DNA of 40,288 bases from the sequence record SRR20825006_1153; one strand, 5' to 3'. Within the stretch, counting starts at the first letter, position 1; every line of letters begins with the position of its first letter. The position numbers and the translations under genes are program-made. The notes beneath the pieces were generated by a model. The model worked only from the letters and a program-made list of their open reading frames with translations, was not told the DNA's origin and did no database searches. This document shows, piece by piece, positions 26,384 through 36,229 of the stretch.

Positions 26384-28381
26384 TTATTCGGCAACTTGCC
26401 GTATGGAGACTTTATATCGAAATTTGGGTGCCGCTATATTTTCTGCCATGCTCAGCGCCTTGCGCGATGACGTTTCATCTGACTCCCTTACGCTGATTGC
26501 GGCACGCACAAAATAGCTGTCGCGCACAGCGCTAGACGTTATCAGCCCAACACCGGCCGCGTCGCACCGGTCCATCTCAAGCGCTACTACGTGCCGATTG
26601 TCCCCAATGTAAAGCGTCCCTCCGGTCATACCGAGTCCGGTCGTGGCCGACACCAGCCGGGATACCGCTCGCCCATGATCCAACGACAATAGAACGCCAT
26701 CGTTAGACAACGCATGTCTTTGCTGGGAACGTCCGCCATTCTCGCACTCGAAAAACAGATGTCGCACGTCAAACACAAGGGGGTTTAACGTAACAAAGCC
26801 CAGCCTTACCGCGCCCGGCAACGGCATAAGCCAATCATGGATATATTCAACAGCCAGACTACAATCCTGCGGATCGAAAAGGAGTTGTTTGTCAACAGGC
26901 CCCAGCGAGGTTGCTATCGTTGCATGGATTTCCACCTGCCCTGCCTGATTGACAGAAACTTCAGGCTCGCATTTTACAAGATCGGTTACCTTGTGGCTGT
27001 CATGAGGTTCATAGACAAAATGTCCGCTATAAAAATCAGCCCCAAAAGCAATGTCGTCATAAAACCCGTGTGCCAAGGTGCCAATCGGGCTTGTCGTGCC
27101 CGGCGCGCCTGCTTCCTGCGGCAGTAATGGCCCGAACCCCATTGCCTGAATAGCCAGCCCCCGTGAGGTATTGAGCACTAGATGGCACGCTCCTGCTTCA
27201 ATTTCCAACCACCGTCCGCGCCTTTCGAACTTAGGCTCAGACGCAAAGGGCCGCTTCCGTTCGCTTTCTTTGGGCGCCGCTTTGATGACACCATTTTTGG
27301 GCAACCGCTGTTGCAGATCCAGCCATCTGGCTTCCGTGATGTGTGTCCTGTAATCACTTGACCAGAACTCGCACAGGTTTCTCCAGCGCTCTGGCTCCGT
27401 TACGCCAGCATCAACCAAGCCTCGGAATATTCGCCAGCAGTGAGTGTTAAGCGCAAGGTCGTTACGGCCCGTCACTGCCCAGCGTAATACATTGTATTTG
27501 CGTTGCTTTTTTACTGGCACTGGTGCAGCCGCACTCTCCAGCTGAATTGGGGCCCTATCGGGCTGAAGGAATTTAAGCGCATCGCGAGGAAGCCCTAGGG
27601 TCACCCCCCCACTGTCCCTGAGAGCCCTCAGCAACAAACCGATACGTTCGTACTCACTCATGCCATCAATCGATGCTTCACTCTCAAACCGGCCAGGTCG
27701 GAAATCAAATATTTCTGCGTCGCTGGTATAAAGCGGCATGGCCCGCATACCTTTGCTGAGCTGCAGCACCAGAAATTCCATATATTCTGCTGCCGAAAGT
27801 TCACCATGTGCAAAGCGTTGAAACTTCTGGAAGGAGATAACGTCTGACCACACAACAGGAATGGTTGTACCCTCCGCCCCCACCAGGGTTTGTGGTTCAA
27901 GCGCATATTCTTTTCGCCAGTCGCTGTGATGGCTGGCAGGCTCTGCCCAGTCCATAATCAGGGCTTCAAAGCCAGCCGCTTTATATATCGGCACCAGCCC
28001 CGGCGAATAGGCTTGTTCGTTCACCAAGGCTATCATTGGCCTTATGCCAAAGGTCTCTTCAAAATCCTCCTGGCCGAGTTTGAGGTTCCACTCGTTAATC
28101 TCTGGCGGTACAAGGGGGCCAATAAGTTGAACATATCCGCTGCCAATGAACTCGATCTGCCCGGCGTCCAAAAGAGCTCTAGCCTCATCCACCCACGTCG
28201 GGTCAATCTCCCGGATGGCGCGCAGCGTGTAACTTGTCATCTCAAGGCCTATGGGGAAACCTTGCCGCGCAAGCCTGAGCAGCGGCCAATAACACTTCTG
28301 CACAACAACCGCGCGCTGCTCTACCTCAATGGAGGAAAATGCCAAATTCAGATGAAACGCTGTATATAGCGTTGGCTTCAA
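26384..28381 (-). CDS. GH57-like (beta/alpha)7 carbohydrate-active protein
   Basis: N-terminal FHLNL, CYWPLL, SG/Y-T-L segment, GQIEFIGSGY.Q.I.PL, NEQAYS (nucleophile-like Glu), SDAEIF (acid/base-like Asp) and WSSD; C-terminal beta-sandwich. Confidence 0.65.
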   Translation of the reverse strand: MKPTLYTAFHLNLAFSSIEVEQRAVVVQKCYWPLLRLARQGFPIGLEMTSYTLRAIREIDPTWVDEARALLDAGQIEFIGSGYVQLIGPLVPPEINEWNLKLGQEDFEETFGIRPMIALVNEQAYSPGLVPIYKAAGFEALIMDWAEPASHHSDWRKEYALEPQTLVGAEGTTIPVVWSDVISFQKFQRFAHGELSAAEYMEFLVLQLSKGMRAMPLYTSDAEIFDFRPGRFESEASIDGMSEYERIGLLLRALRDSGGVTLGLPRDALKFLQPDRAPIQLESAAAPVPVKKQRKYNVLRWAVTGRNDLALNTHCWRIFRGLVDAGVTEPERWRNLCEFWSSDYRTHITEARWLDLQQRLPKNGVIKAAPKESERKRPFASEPKFERRGRWLEIEAGACHLVLNTSRGLAIQAMGFGPLLPQEAGAPGTTSPIGTLAHGFYDDIAFGADFYSGHFVYEPHDSHKVTDLVKCEPEVSVNQAGQVEIHATIATSLGPVDKQLLFDPQDCSLAVEYIHDWLMPLPGAVRLGFVTLNPLVFDVRHLFFECENGGRSQQRHALSNDGVLLSLDHGRAVSRLVSATTGLGMTGGTLYIGDNRHVVALEMDRCDAAGVGLITSSAVRDSYFVRAAISVRESDETSSRKALSMAENIAAPKFRYKVSIRQVAE

Positions 28382-28538
28382 TTGCTCACTCCAATGCGTT
28401 CCGCACCCGAAACATATATTTCAAATTACCACCGCCCTATCAAGACAATGGTACATTTATTGCTTTCATCGACACAACTGATAAGCTCGTACCAAGTTAA
28501 ACCTAAGCCATTGTATTGCAAGCAGGACTACACAAGAC

Positions 28539-29288
28539 ATGCTTACCTCTTTTTCGCTGGCAGGAAAAGTCGCCTTGATAACCGGGTCCTCACGGGGGAT
28601 CGGCGCGGCCGTTGCAGAAGCTGTGTTTCAGGCTGGCGGTTCCCCCATTATCACCTACCACCAAAACCGGGATGCGGCTGATCTGGTAGCCAAAAAATGC
28701 GGTGATGCTGCAGTTCTGCAGTTTGATGCTTCCGATGAAGCAAGCGCGGCACAACTGGCCGCCGATGCTATAGGCGTATGTGGCAAGGTTGATATTCTGG
28801 TGAACAATGCTGGCATTCTGGAGCAAAAACCCTATCAGGATATTACCCCATCCGAATGGGACATCATGTTCGAGACCAACCTGAAAACGCCCTTTTTCCT
28901 GGTTCAGGCGCTCGCGCCCCATTTCATAGAGCGAGGCCAGGGCTCGATCATCAACATGAGTTCGGTTGGCGGGCAATTTGGTGGCCCCAAAGCACCCCAT
29001 TATGCAGCAAGCAAAGGCGCACTGCTGACCTTGACAAAGTCGCTCTGTCGCTTGCTGTCCCCACACGGGGTGAGAGTAAACGCACTGGCACCCGGTTTTA
29101 TTGAGACGGACATGATGAAACACATGGCAAGCAAGACCGACAGGCAGGCCATGATCGACCAGGTGCCCATAGGGCGCATCGGAACACCGGAAGACGTGGC
29201 ACATGCCGCCGTATTCCTCGCATCCGACGCCGCGTCTTTCATCACCGGGCAAGTTATCAACGTGAACGGCGGACAATATTTAGGATAA
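28539..29288 (+). CDS. classical SDR oxidoreductase (FabG-like)
   Basis: TGSSRGIG, NNAG, SS, YAASK and PG..ETDM motifs. Confidence 0.92.
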   Translation: MLTSFSLAGKVALITGSSRGIGAAVAEAVFQAGGSPIITYHQNRDAADLVAKKCGDAAVLQFDASDEASAAQLAADAIGVCGKVDILVNNAGILEQKPYQDITPSEWDIMFETNLKTPFFLVQALAPHFIERGQGSIINMSSVGGQFGGPKAPHYAASKGALLTLTKSLCRLLSPHGVRVNALAPGFIETDMMKHMASKTDRQAMIDQVPIGRIGTPEDVAHAAVFLASDAASFITGQVINVNGGQYLG

Positions 29289-29292
29289 AACC

Positions 29293-31059
29293 ATGAGCAC
29301 AATGTTAGCTGACATTCGCGACCCCAAAGACGTGCAAGACCTAGACGGGGGTGGCCTCAATGCGCTCGCGGCTGATGTCCGGTCGTTTCTTCTCCGTAAC
29401 ATCAGCGCGACAGGCGGGCATATCGGCGCCAATCTGGGCACGATTGAGCTTACCATCGCGATGCACGCCTGTTTCCGCTCACCCGACGTGCCGTTTCTGT
29501 TCGACACGGGCCATCAGGGGTATACTCACAAGCTGCTCACCGGCCGGGCGCATTTGTTTCCAAGCTTGAACAAATATGACGGTATGAGCCGCTTCCTCAC
29601 TCATTTGGAAAGCCAGCATGACCCAATTGAGGCGTCACACGCGGGCACCGCGATCTCTGTGGGTCTCGGCATGGCGCTCTCGCGCAAGCTACGCGGTAAC
29701 GAGGACCATGTAGTCGCTGTGGTAGGCGATTCCGCGCTTGTCGAAGGCGCGTCACTTGAGGCGTTGAACCACGCGGCGGTTGAAGATACTAACCTTGTGG
29801 TGATCGTGAACGACAACGGTTTTGCCATCAGCCCCGGTTTTGGCGCGGTACATGAAGCGCTGCAATCTGGCGACGGCAAGGCCAAAGCCCTGTTCGAAAG
29901 CCTTGGCTGCACCTATATCGGACCAGTAGACGGGCACAATATAGCGGAGATGACCAAAGCCCTCGATGAAGCCAAGCAGGCTAAATCGCTGCCTGTCGTG
30001 CACGCAAAAACAGTCAAAGGAAATGGCTGGGCACCGGCGGACAACCACCCGTTCCGCCTGCATTTCTCATTCCCGTTTGACCCGGAAACAGGGGCACCAA
30101 CAGGCAACAGCGCGCCGCAGAAAACCTATCCGGATTATGCCGCACAAGCGCTTGAGCGTAGGATGGACAGCGACGACAAGATCACCTGTATCACGCCATC
30201 AACCATCTATGCTACCGGGCTTGCGGGCATCTTCTCCAAGTATCCGGACAGATGTTTCGACCCCGGAATGGAAGAGCAACACGCGCTGACCATGACGGTT
30301 GGCATGGCACTTGACGGCGCGAAACCGGTTATCGCCTACCAGTCTACCTTCCTGCAGCGAGCGTTCGACCAGATCATCCACGATGTGTGCTTTATGAACG
30401 TGCCAACGCTTATACTCTCGGCCCGCAGCGGTTTCAGCGGTTACGATAACCCAACTCACCACGGGATATATGATATCGCCTTCCTGCGCTCCATCCCGAA
30501 CCTCAGGGTCTTCTACCCGAAAGACGGGCCTGAGTTGCAAACCATGATTGACGTGGCGCTTGATGAACTAAGCGGGCCAACGCTGATCATGATGCCCTAT
30601 GGCCCGGTGCATGATTTTGGTTTGAGTTCATCCACAGATAAAGCTGGCATCCTCAAACCGGAGGTATTTGGCGACGGGGACGATATGGTCATGATCACCG
30701 TCGGCAACAAATTTGCCGCTGCGCGCGAAGTGCAGGGACATCTGGACGCCAAGGGTCTGCGCACAAGGCTTGTGAATATCAGGCAGATAAAACCCCTGCC
30801 TGAACAAGAACTTATGCGGCTCATTGGAAATACGCGCAAGGTTGCCGTGATCGAAGAAGCGGTGCTTGATGGCGGCCTTGGCTCCCAGATCGGCACCATG
30901 CTTCTGGAGAATGGTTATCCGGGTGAATTCCTCCGCCACGGCCTGCCTTGCAAATTTATTGAGCCCGGCTCAAACGAAGAGCTTGAGGACATCTACAAGC
31001 TCGACGGCAAAGGTCTCGTTGAGACGATGCGCACCAAATGGCTGTCACTAAACCTCTGA
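29293..31059 (+). CDS. DXP-synthase-like ThDP-dependent enzyme (divergent paralog)
   Basis: GGHIGANLGTIELTIA, DTGHQGYTHKLLTGR, GDSAL.EG..LEALN...NDN, GPVDGH, EEQHA, STFLQRAFDQ..HD and THHG. Confidence 0.85.
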   Translation: MSTMLADIRDPKDVQDLDGGGLNALAADVRSFLLRNISATGGHIGANLGTIELTIAMHACFRSPDVPFLFDTGHQGYTHKLLTGRAHLFPSLNKYDGMSRFLTHLESQHDPIEASHAGTAISVGLGMALSRKLRGNEDHVVAVVGDSALVEGASLEALNHAAVEDTNLVVIVNDNGFAISPGFGAVHEALQSGDGKAKALFESLGCTYIGPVDGHNIAEMTKALDEAKQAKSLPVVHAKTVKGNGWAPADNHPFRLHFSFPFDPETGAPTGNSAPQKTYPDYAAQALERRMDSDDKITCITPSTIYATGLAGIFSKYPDRCFDPGMEEQHALTMTVGMALDGAKPVIAYQSTFLQRAFDQIIHDVCFMNVPTLILSARSGFSGYDNPTHHGIYDIAFLRSIPNLRVFYPKDGPELQTMIDVALDELSGPTLIMMPYGPVHDFGLSSSTDKAGILKPEVFGDGDDMVMITVGNKFAAAREVQGHLDAKGLRTRLVNIRQIKPLPEQELMRLIGNTRKVAVIEEAVLDGGLGSQIGTMLLENGYPGEFLRHGLPCKFIEPGSNEELEDIYKLDGKGLVETMRTKWLSLNL

Positions 31060-31075
31060 AAATAAAGACACTTCA

Positions 31076-32083
31076 TTGGAAAACTCGCCTCACACAACAA
31101 AGCCTTATATCGCGTCCATCGGCACTGGGCGCGGCCAAAGGCGACTGATTGAAGCGGCGAAACAGGCCGGATTTGCGGTGCTGGGGATCGACCAGGCACC
31201 CGACGCGAGCCTATGCGACGCCACCCTCAGGGTAAGCACCTATGATGCGGAAAAAGCGGTCGAAGCAGCACTGGAATGGCAGAAAAAAAACCATAAAATA
31301 CAACATGTTATGGCTAGAACATCGGGCCCTGCGAACATTACGGCAGCGAAACTAGCAAGCGCCCTAAATGTTCCCGGACAGGGGGATGATTTGGCAGAAG
31401 CAGCGCTCTCGAAACTTTCTCTTTATAAACAATGTGTTGACGAGAACGTCCCGACGATTGAAAGCGAACAACTTTCGCCAAGTGTGGCGCCAAGCCTTTC
31501 CCTCCCCTTGATTATCAAGCCAGATCAACCGCTTAGGGGTAAGGAGCACGTATTTCTGATCCGTGAGCCGGAGGAGATAAGCGCCGCAGCCCAACAGGCA
31601 TGCAACGCATCCATCAACGGCATGTATATCGCGCAACCTCTTGTAAGCGGGGAGGAATTTGGCGTTTCCGTCGCCGCGAGAGACGGCAAAATGCTGTGGC
31701 ACGCCTATTATACCGAGCATGTTGAAACCGACGAGAATGGCCGTTTTATCGGGAAAGGTGTGGCGGGCCCACGGCCCAATGTGTGCGCGGATGTGCGGCG
31801 TATGTGTGGCGCGAGTGTGGCGCAGCTTTTGGCGCGTTGGAACACCACAGGCTTTGTCTTTTTTTCTTTTCGGATCAATGAGTTGAACATACCTCTCCTC
31901 TTTGAAGTTAACCCCGGACTGTGTGGCGACCAAATTGTGGATGAATTATTTCCCGCCATGTGGCCCGGCACTGACTTTTTTTACCTTGAAATAGCACTAC
32001 TCACCGGCGCTGAATGCACCTTCCCGAAAACCGAAGGTTTGGCCTCGGCCGTCAGGACAAAGTCGGGCGGAGAAGTGCCGTGA
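31076..32083 (+). CDS. ATP-grasp ligase 1
   Basis: IGTG.GQ..LI..AK..G..V..ID, PLIIKPD, Q..V.G.EF and LFEVNP.L.GD; TTG start. Confidence 0.75.
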   Translation: MENSPHTTKPYIASIGTGRGQRRLIEAAKQAGFAVLGIDQAPDASLCDATLRVSTYDAEKAVEAALEWQKKNHKIQHVMARTSGPANITAAKLASALNVPGQGDDLAEAALSKLSLYKQCVDENVPTIESEQLSPSVAPSLSLPLIIKPDQPLRGKEHVFLIREPEEISAAAQQACNASINGMYIAQPLVSGEEFGVSVAARDGKMLWHAYYTEHVETDENGRFIGKGVAGPRPNVCADVRRMCGASVAQLLARWNTTGFVFFSFRINELNIPLLFEVNPGLCGDQIVDELFPAMWPGTDFFYLEIALLTGAECTFPKTEGLASAVRTKSGGEVP

Positions 32084-33258
32084 AAACAAAAGCCATTATC
32101 CAGATCGGCGGTTCGGTCCTGCAGCGCCACACCACGGCATGGGCACAGGATGCAGGCCTGCAAGTCCTGCTAACCGACAGCACACCAGATCCTTACCTCA
32201 AGGATGCAGCAGATGCGTTTTGCCAAACAGATGGCACTGACGGTGAAGCAATCCTCAAGCATGCTCATATTTGGCGTGAGCAGTATGATATCATCGCGGT
32301 CTATGCGGGGGGCGATTTTGGCCTGAAGTCTGCCGCATATGTCGCGAAAGCACTTGGCCTACCACATTGCAGCCCCGATGCCGTTGACGCCAGCCTCAGC
32401 AAAGATATTGCGCTCAGGATATTTGAAGGTGCCGGGCTGACCGTGCCCAAGCGGGTTGAGGAAGAAAACGCAGCCGCCCACCTGCCCGTTATCGTGAAAC
32501 CGAAAGACAGCAGCGGCAGCCGCGGCGTTACCTTTGTGAAGCAGGCAATTGAGCTTGCGCCAGCCCTCGCCCACGCGAAACGATATTCGATCGACATTAT
32601 TATTGAGCATTGGGTAGATGGCCGCCACATAGACGTAAATGGCATTCTCTGGCACGGCGAGTTTTATGGCTGCGAGATCATCGAGCGCTTCTTCTCACCG
32701 CTTCCGCTCCGCTATCCCACTGGCATGATCACACCGCCGAAGGGCTTGAGCAGCGTTGAGCGCGAGAAGATATATGCCACGCTCGCAAGTGCTGCCAAAG
32801 CTGCGGGCATCACCCAAGGCCCGGTCAAGGGCGATTTCATCATGACAAACGATGATATCGTTATACTTGAAATAGCGCCGCGCTTTCACGGTGAAACCAA
32901 TACCTATTCGGCACCACTGGCCTATAACACCTGCTCGGCGCGGGACTATATGGTCACGCTTGGCACCGGGCGCGCGCCATCACCTCAGCCCTACGCAGCA
33001 CCCGAGCAAGTCGCGGGCTGGGTTGCTATTTTCCCGGAGAGCACGGGCATGTTGAAGCAGGTTATTGGCACACACGAAGCCCTTGCCCTGCCCGGCATTG
33101 CCGATATTGTCATCCGTCGCGAGCCGGGTTTTAAGGTCAGCGCCATACAGGATAATACGGCTGTGATCGGCTTTATTTATGGCCAGGCTAACGACCATGA
33201 AACGCTTGACCACCTGCTCGATCAGGCACGAGAAACCATAACTGTTGAGATGGAATAA
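32080..33258 (+). CDS. ATP-grasp ligase 2 (L-amino-acid-ligase-like C-terminus)
   Basis: IGGSVLQ, PVIVKPKDSSGSRGV, IIE..V.G, GPVKGDF and ILEIAPRFHG. GTG 32080 overlaps the previous stop (GTGA). Confidence 0.85.
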   Translation: MKTKAIIQIGGSVLQRHTTAWAQDAGLQVLLTDSTPDPYLKDAADAFCQTDGTDGEAILKHAHIWREQYDIIAVYAGGDFGLKSAAYVAKALGLPHCSPDAVDASLSKDIALRIFEGAGLTVPKRVEEENAAAHLPVIVKPKDSSGSRGVTFVKQAIELAPALAHAKRYSIDIIIEHWVDGRHIDVNGILWHGEFYGCEIIERFFSPLPLRYPTGMITPPKGLSSVEREKIYATLASAAKAAGITQGPVKGDFIMTNDDIVILEIAPRFHGETNTYSAPLAYNTCSARDYMVTLGTGRAPSPQPYAAPEQVAGWVAIFPESTGMLKQVIGTHEALALPGIADIVIRREPGFKVSAIQDNTAVIGFIYGQANDHETLDHLLDQARETITVEME

Positions 33259-33263
33259 CCACG

Positions 33264-34487
33264 ATGCCCAACCCCCAAAAGCGCCTTCTTGTGCTTGGTG
33301 CCAGCCAGGATCAGGCTTTCATGATCAATACCGCCAAAGCCATGGGCATTAACACGCTTGCGGTTGACATGAACCCGAATGCGCCCGCGTTTGCGTTCGC
33401 CGATGACTTCGCCGTGGTATCCACGCGCGATACAAAAGCCCTGAAGGCGTTTCTGGATGACTATACACAGGAAAAACCCGTGCACGGGGTTGCAACCATG
33501 GGCAGCGATATCCCCCACATTGTAGCCGAGATTGCCGAGCATCTGGGCACATGGCATATCAGCCATGAAACAGCAAAGCTCGCCACCAACAAATTTGCCA
33601 TGAAAGAGGCCTTCAAGCGCGGCGGTGTGCGCATCCCTGACTACCGGCTTGTGGGCAGCGCCCGCGAGGTTCATGACGCTTTTGACGAGTACGGCAAACT
33701 GGTGATCAAACCGTTGAGTGAAGCTGGGTCGCGAGGGGTGAGCTTGATAACAGACACAAAAGATATTGCTGAACTGTTTGACCGCGCCTTCGCTTACGCG
33801 ATTGACGGCAAAGTGCTGGTTGAGAGTTTCCTTGAAGGGCCCCAGATATCGACTGAAAGCCTGATGGTGAACGGCCATATCCATACCCCCGGCTATGCAG
33901 ATCGCAACTATGATGTGCTGGAACGCTTCCTACCGCAGATTATGGAAAACGGGGGCGTGCAGCCAAGCGACCATCAGGACGCTTTTGACGATGTGGAAGC
34001 CATGCTACTGAAAGCCGCCAAATCCATTGGCCTTGATCATGGCGTGATGAAAGGCGATGTAGTGCTCACGAAAGACGGCCCTGCGCTCATTGAAGTGGCA
34101 GCGCGCCTTTCCGGCGGGGACTTCTGCGAGAGCCTTGTGCCCCTCGGCACCGGTGTGAATTATGTGCGCAACGTTATTCGCATGGCGCTGGGCGAAGATG
34201 TTGTGCTGGACGAGCTTGCCCCCACCATGAACAGGGCTGTTTCAAACCGGTATTTTTTTGCGGAGCCCGGCCGGTTTCACTCGGTTGAAGGGCTTGAGGA
34301 GGTTACCGCCAAAGACTGGATCAGCAAATTTGAGATCTGGTACAAACCCGGCGATCTCTTGCCGGAAACACGAAGCCATGGCCAACGCTTTGGTGTTTTT
34401 GTGCTGACGGCAGATGACCGGGAAACCGCTATCGCGCGGGAAAAATGGGTCTATGACACCGTGAAGATCAGGATTGACCCGGTTTAG
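33264..34487 (+). CDS. ATP-grasp ligase 3
   Basis: LVLGASQDQ, TNKFAMK, VIKP...AGSRGV, LVESFLEGPQISTE, GVMKGD and IEVAARLSGG. Confidence 0.88.
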   Translation: MPNPQKRLLVLGASQDQAFMINTAKAMGINTLAVDMNPNAPAFAFADDFAVVSTRDTKALKAFLDDYTQEKPVHGVATMGSDIPHIVAEIAEHLGTWHISHETAKLATNKFAMKEAFKRGGVRIPDYRLVGSAREVHDAFDEYGKLVIKPLSEAGSRGVSLITDTKDIAELFDRAFAYAIDGKVLVESFLEGPQISTESLMVNGHIHTPGYADRNYDVLERFLPQIMENGGVQPSDHQDAFDDVEAMLLKAAKSIGLDHGVMKGDVVLTKDGPALIEVAARLSGGDFCESLVPLGTGVNYVRNVIRMALGEDVVLDELAPTMNRAVSNRYFFAEPGRFHSVEGLEEVTAKDWISKFEIWYKPGDLLPETRSHGQRFGVFVLTADDRETAIAREKWVYDTVKIRIDPV

Positions 34488-36229
34488 GCAGCCAGTTGCT
34501 TGCGCACAAACTCAACCAGTTGCGCACCGCGTTCACCACCAACAAAGGACGATGTGTCAACGGAGGGTTTCCAGCCCGTGGCTAAACGCGCAACAGCTTC
34601 GGGCAACTCATCTTCACCGTCCACCGCCAGCGCAAGGCCCGAGGCGGCAAAAGTCTGCCATGCCTCTTTCTGCAGGGCATGAATCGGATCAAATACCACT
34701 GTAGGCAAGCCCGCCGCTACACATTCAAAAAAGCTCATGCCAAAAAGCGTGACGGCACCGTCGTACTGGTGAAGGCGGCTTGAAAGATTGTCCGGCGCGT
34801 TTAGCACAGACCATCTGCCTTTGTGTTCCAGCGCATCCAGCTTTGGCGCAGCCGCGCGTGGGCCCTGCACCCACTCAATCTCGACCCCTTTGGGCACATT
34901 GGCGTCCAACACGCCAGGCAACCAGTCACCTGCGCCTGAGACATCCGTACTACCAGTAAGCACAACAATCTTCTGCACCGCACCGTCATCATTTGTTCTG
35001 CGCCGGATATTGGGCAGCAGGTAACAGTCCCACCCGTAAACAAGATTGCCGTTTCGCCTTTCAAGCCAACGATCAGGCACATAAAAGGACGGTACATAAT
35101 ATCCGTCAAAACCATCAACCTCGACCATGCGGTCAAAGCCCAACACCTTGACGTTCATATCGCGGCATTCAGCCAATACACCCTCAAGGCCGTCAGGCTC
35201 AGAAGAGAAGTCCGCGAATACAAGATCAGGCTTCAGGCTTGCGAGTTTCTCACACACCTGTACCTCGCTCCAGTCATCCTGCCAAATGCTGTCAAAAAAC
35301 TGCAGGTCCACAACGCCCGTGTGCTGCCCGATAATGAGAAAGGATACCTTGGCGGCCATACGGTCGCGCAGTATCTCGCCCGCCGTGCGGCAGCGGGACA
35401 GGTGCCCAAGGCCAACACCCTCGCGGCAGTCCACCAGCATGCAGACATGTTTGGAACTTTCCCGCATATCTTTCTGGTATACATGAGCGTTTATAGCCCT
35501 CAAGGCCGGGTCGGCATGCAACTGGTCCATCACCCATTTGAGATCAACGATCTCATCATGGCTGTGGCTTTGATACCAATCGTCATACACCCGCTTCATA
35601 AAAGCATAATCCGCTGGCGTATCTACAGAGATACGATGCTTGAGCGTTGAAAAGAAGGGGTCATCCGGCACGCTGGCAACAGCGCGCGGGCCTACTTTAC
35701 CAAGCCTGCCGTACACCACACCCACATGTTCACGCTCAAACGGCTCTATGCTGGCCTCAACAATCGCATCCCAGAACTGGCGACTATAAACCGCAAAACC
35801 TTCATGGATAGTTTCCCCGCCCACAGCATCAAGGTCAAGTTTTGCAACATCCTTGTCACCGCCGTCCGCAACAGCCGCAATCATGTTATGCAGCGTGGTG
35901 GGCTCGATCAGCGGGCAGTCGCCGCAGATATAACAGACCACATCGGGGTTATGCTGTTTTACGGCGGCATCTACGCGGCCAACCAGATCGTTCACGTCCC
36001 CGTCATAGGCGCAGACATAATATCCGGCCCTGCCCGCCTCGCTAACCAGCGGCGCATTATAATCATCAGACGTTGTGGCAAGAAGGAGCCTGGCTTCAGG
36101 CCATGCTGTTTCAAGCCGGGGTTTCAGCCGCGCAATCAGACTTTCCCCCGCCAGATCCAGCAGGTGTTTACCCGGCAGCCTGCTTGAGTTCAGACGCGCA
36201 CCAACAATGATCAGGACTGAGGGTGCCAT
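34484..36229 (-). CDS. fused cytidylyltransferase (SpsF/PseF-like) + SpsG/PseG-like GT-B domain
   Basis: ARLNSSRLPGK, GD.ND...R, ICGDCPLI, REHV and RISVDTPADY (CTP_transf_3); then GVGLGHLSRC, V.LTGS.D and G.SFFECVAAGLP (PseG/SpsG). Confidence 0.85.
   Translation of the reverse strand: MAPSVLIIVGARLNSSRLPGKHLLDLAGESLIARLKPRLETAWPEARLLLATTSDDYNAPLVSEAGRAGYYVCAYDGDVNDLVGRVDAAVKQHNPDVVCYICGDCPLIEPTTLHNMIAAVADGGDKDVAKLDLDAVGGETIHEGFAVYSRQFWDAIVEASIEPFEREHVGVVYGRLGKVGPRAVASVPDDPFFSTLKHRISVDTPADYAFMKRVYDDWYQSHSHDEIVDLKWVMDQLHADPALRAINAHVYQKDMRESSKHVCMLVDCREGVGLGHLSRCRTAGEILRDRMAAKVSFLIIGQHTGVVDLQFFDSIWQDDWSEVQVCEKLASLKPDLVFADFSSEPDGLEGVLAECRDMNVKVLGFDRMVEVDGFDGYYVPSFYVPDRWLERRNGNLVYGWDCYLLPNIRRRTNDDGAVQKIVVLTGSTDVSGAGDWLPGVLDANVPKGVEIEWVQGPRAAAPKLDALEHKGRWSVLNAPDNLSSRLHQYDGAVTLFGMSFFECVAAGLPTVVFDPIHALQKEAWQTFAASGLALAVDGEDELPEAVARLATGWKPSVDTSSFVGGERGAQLVEFVRKQLAA

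Noticed and set aside
28539-29288. fabG of fatty-acid synthesis
   Set aside because: Only generic SDR motifs are present, with no acpP/fabD/fabF neighbours.
29293-31059. Housekeeping dxs of the MEP pathway
   Set aside because: The RYPRG motif is missing, the ThDP motif is altered and the context is a glycosylation operon, so no gene symbol was assigned.
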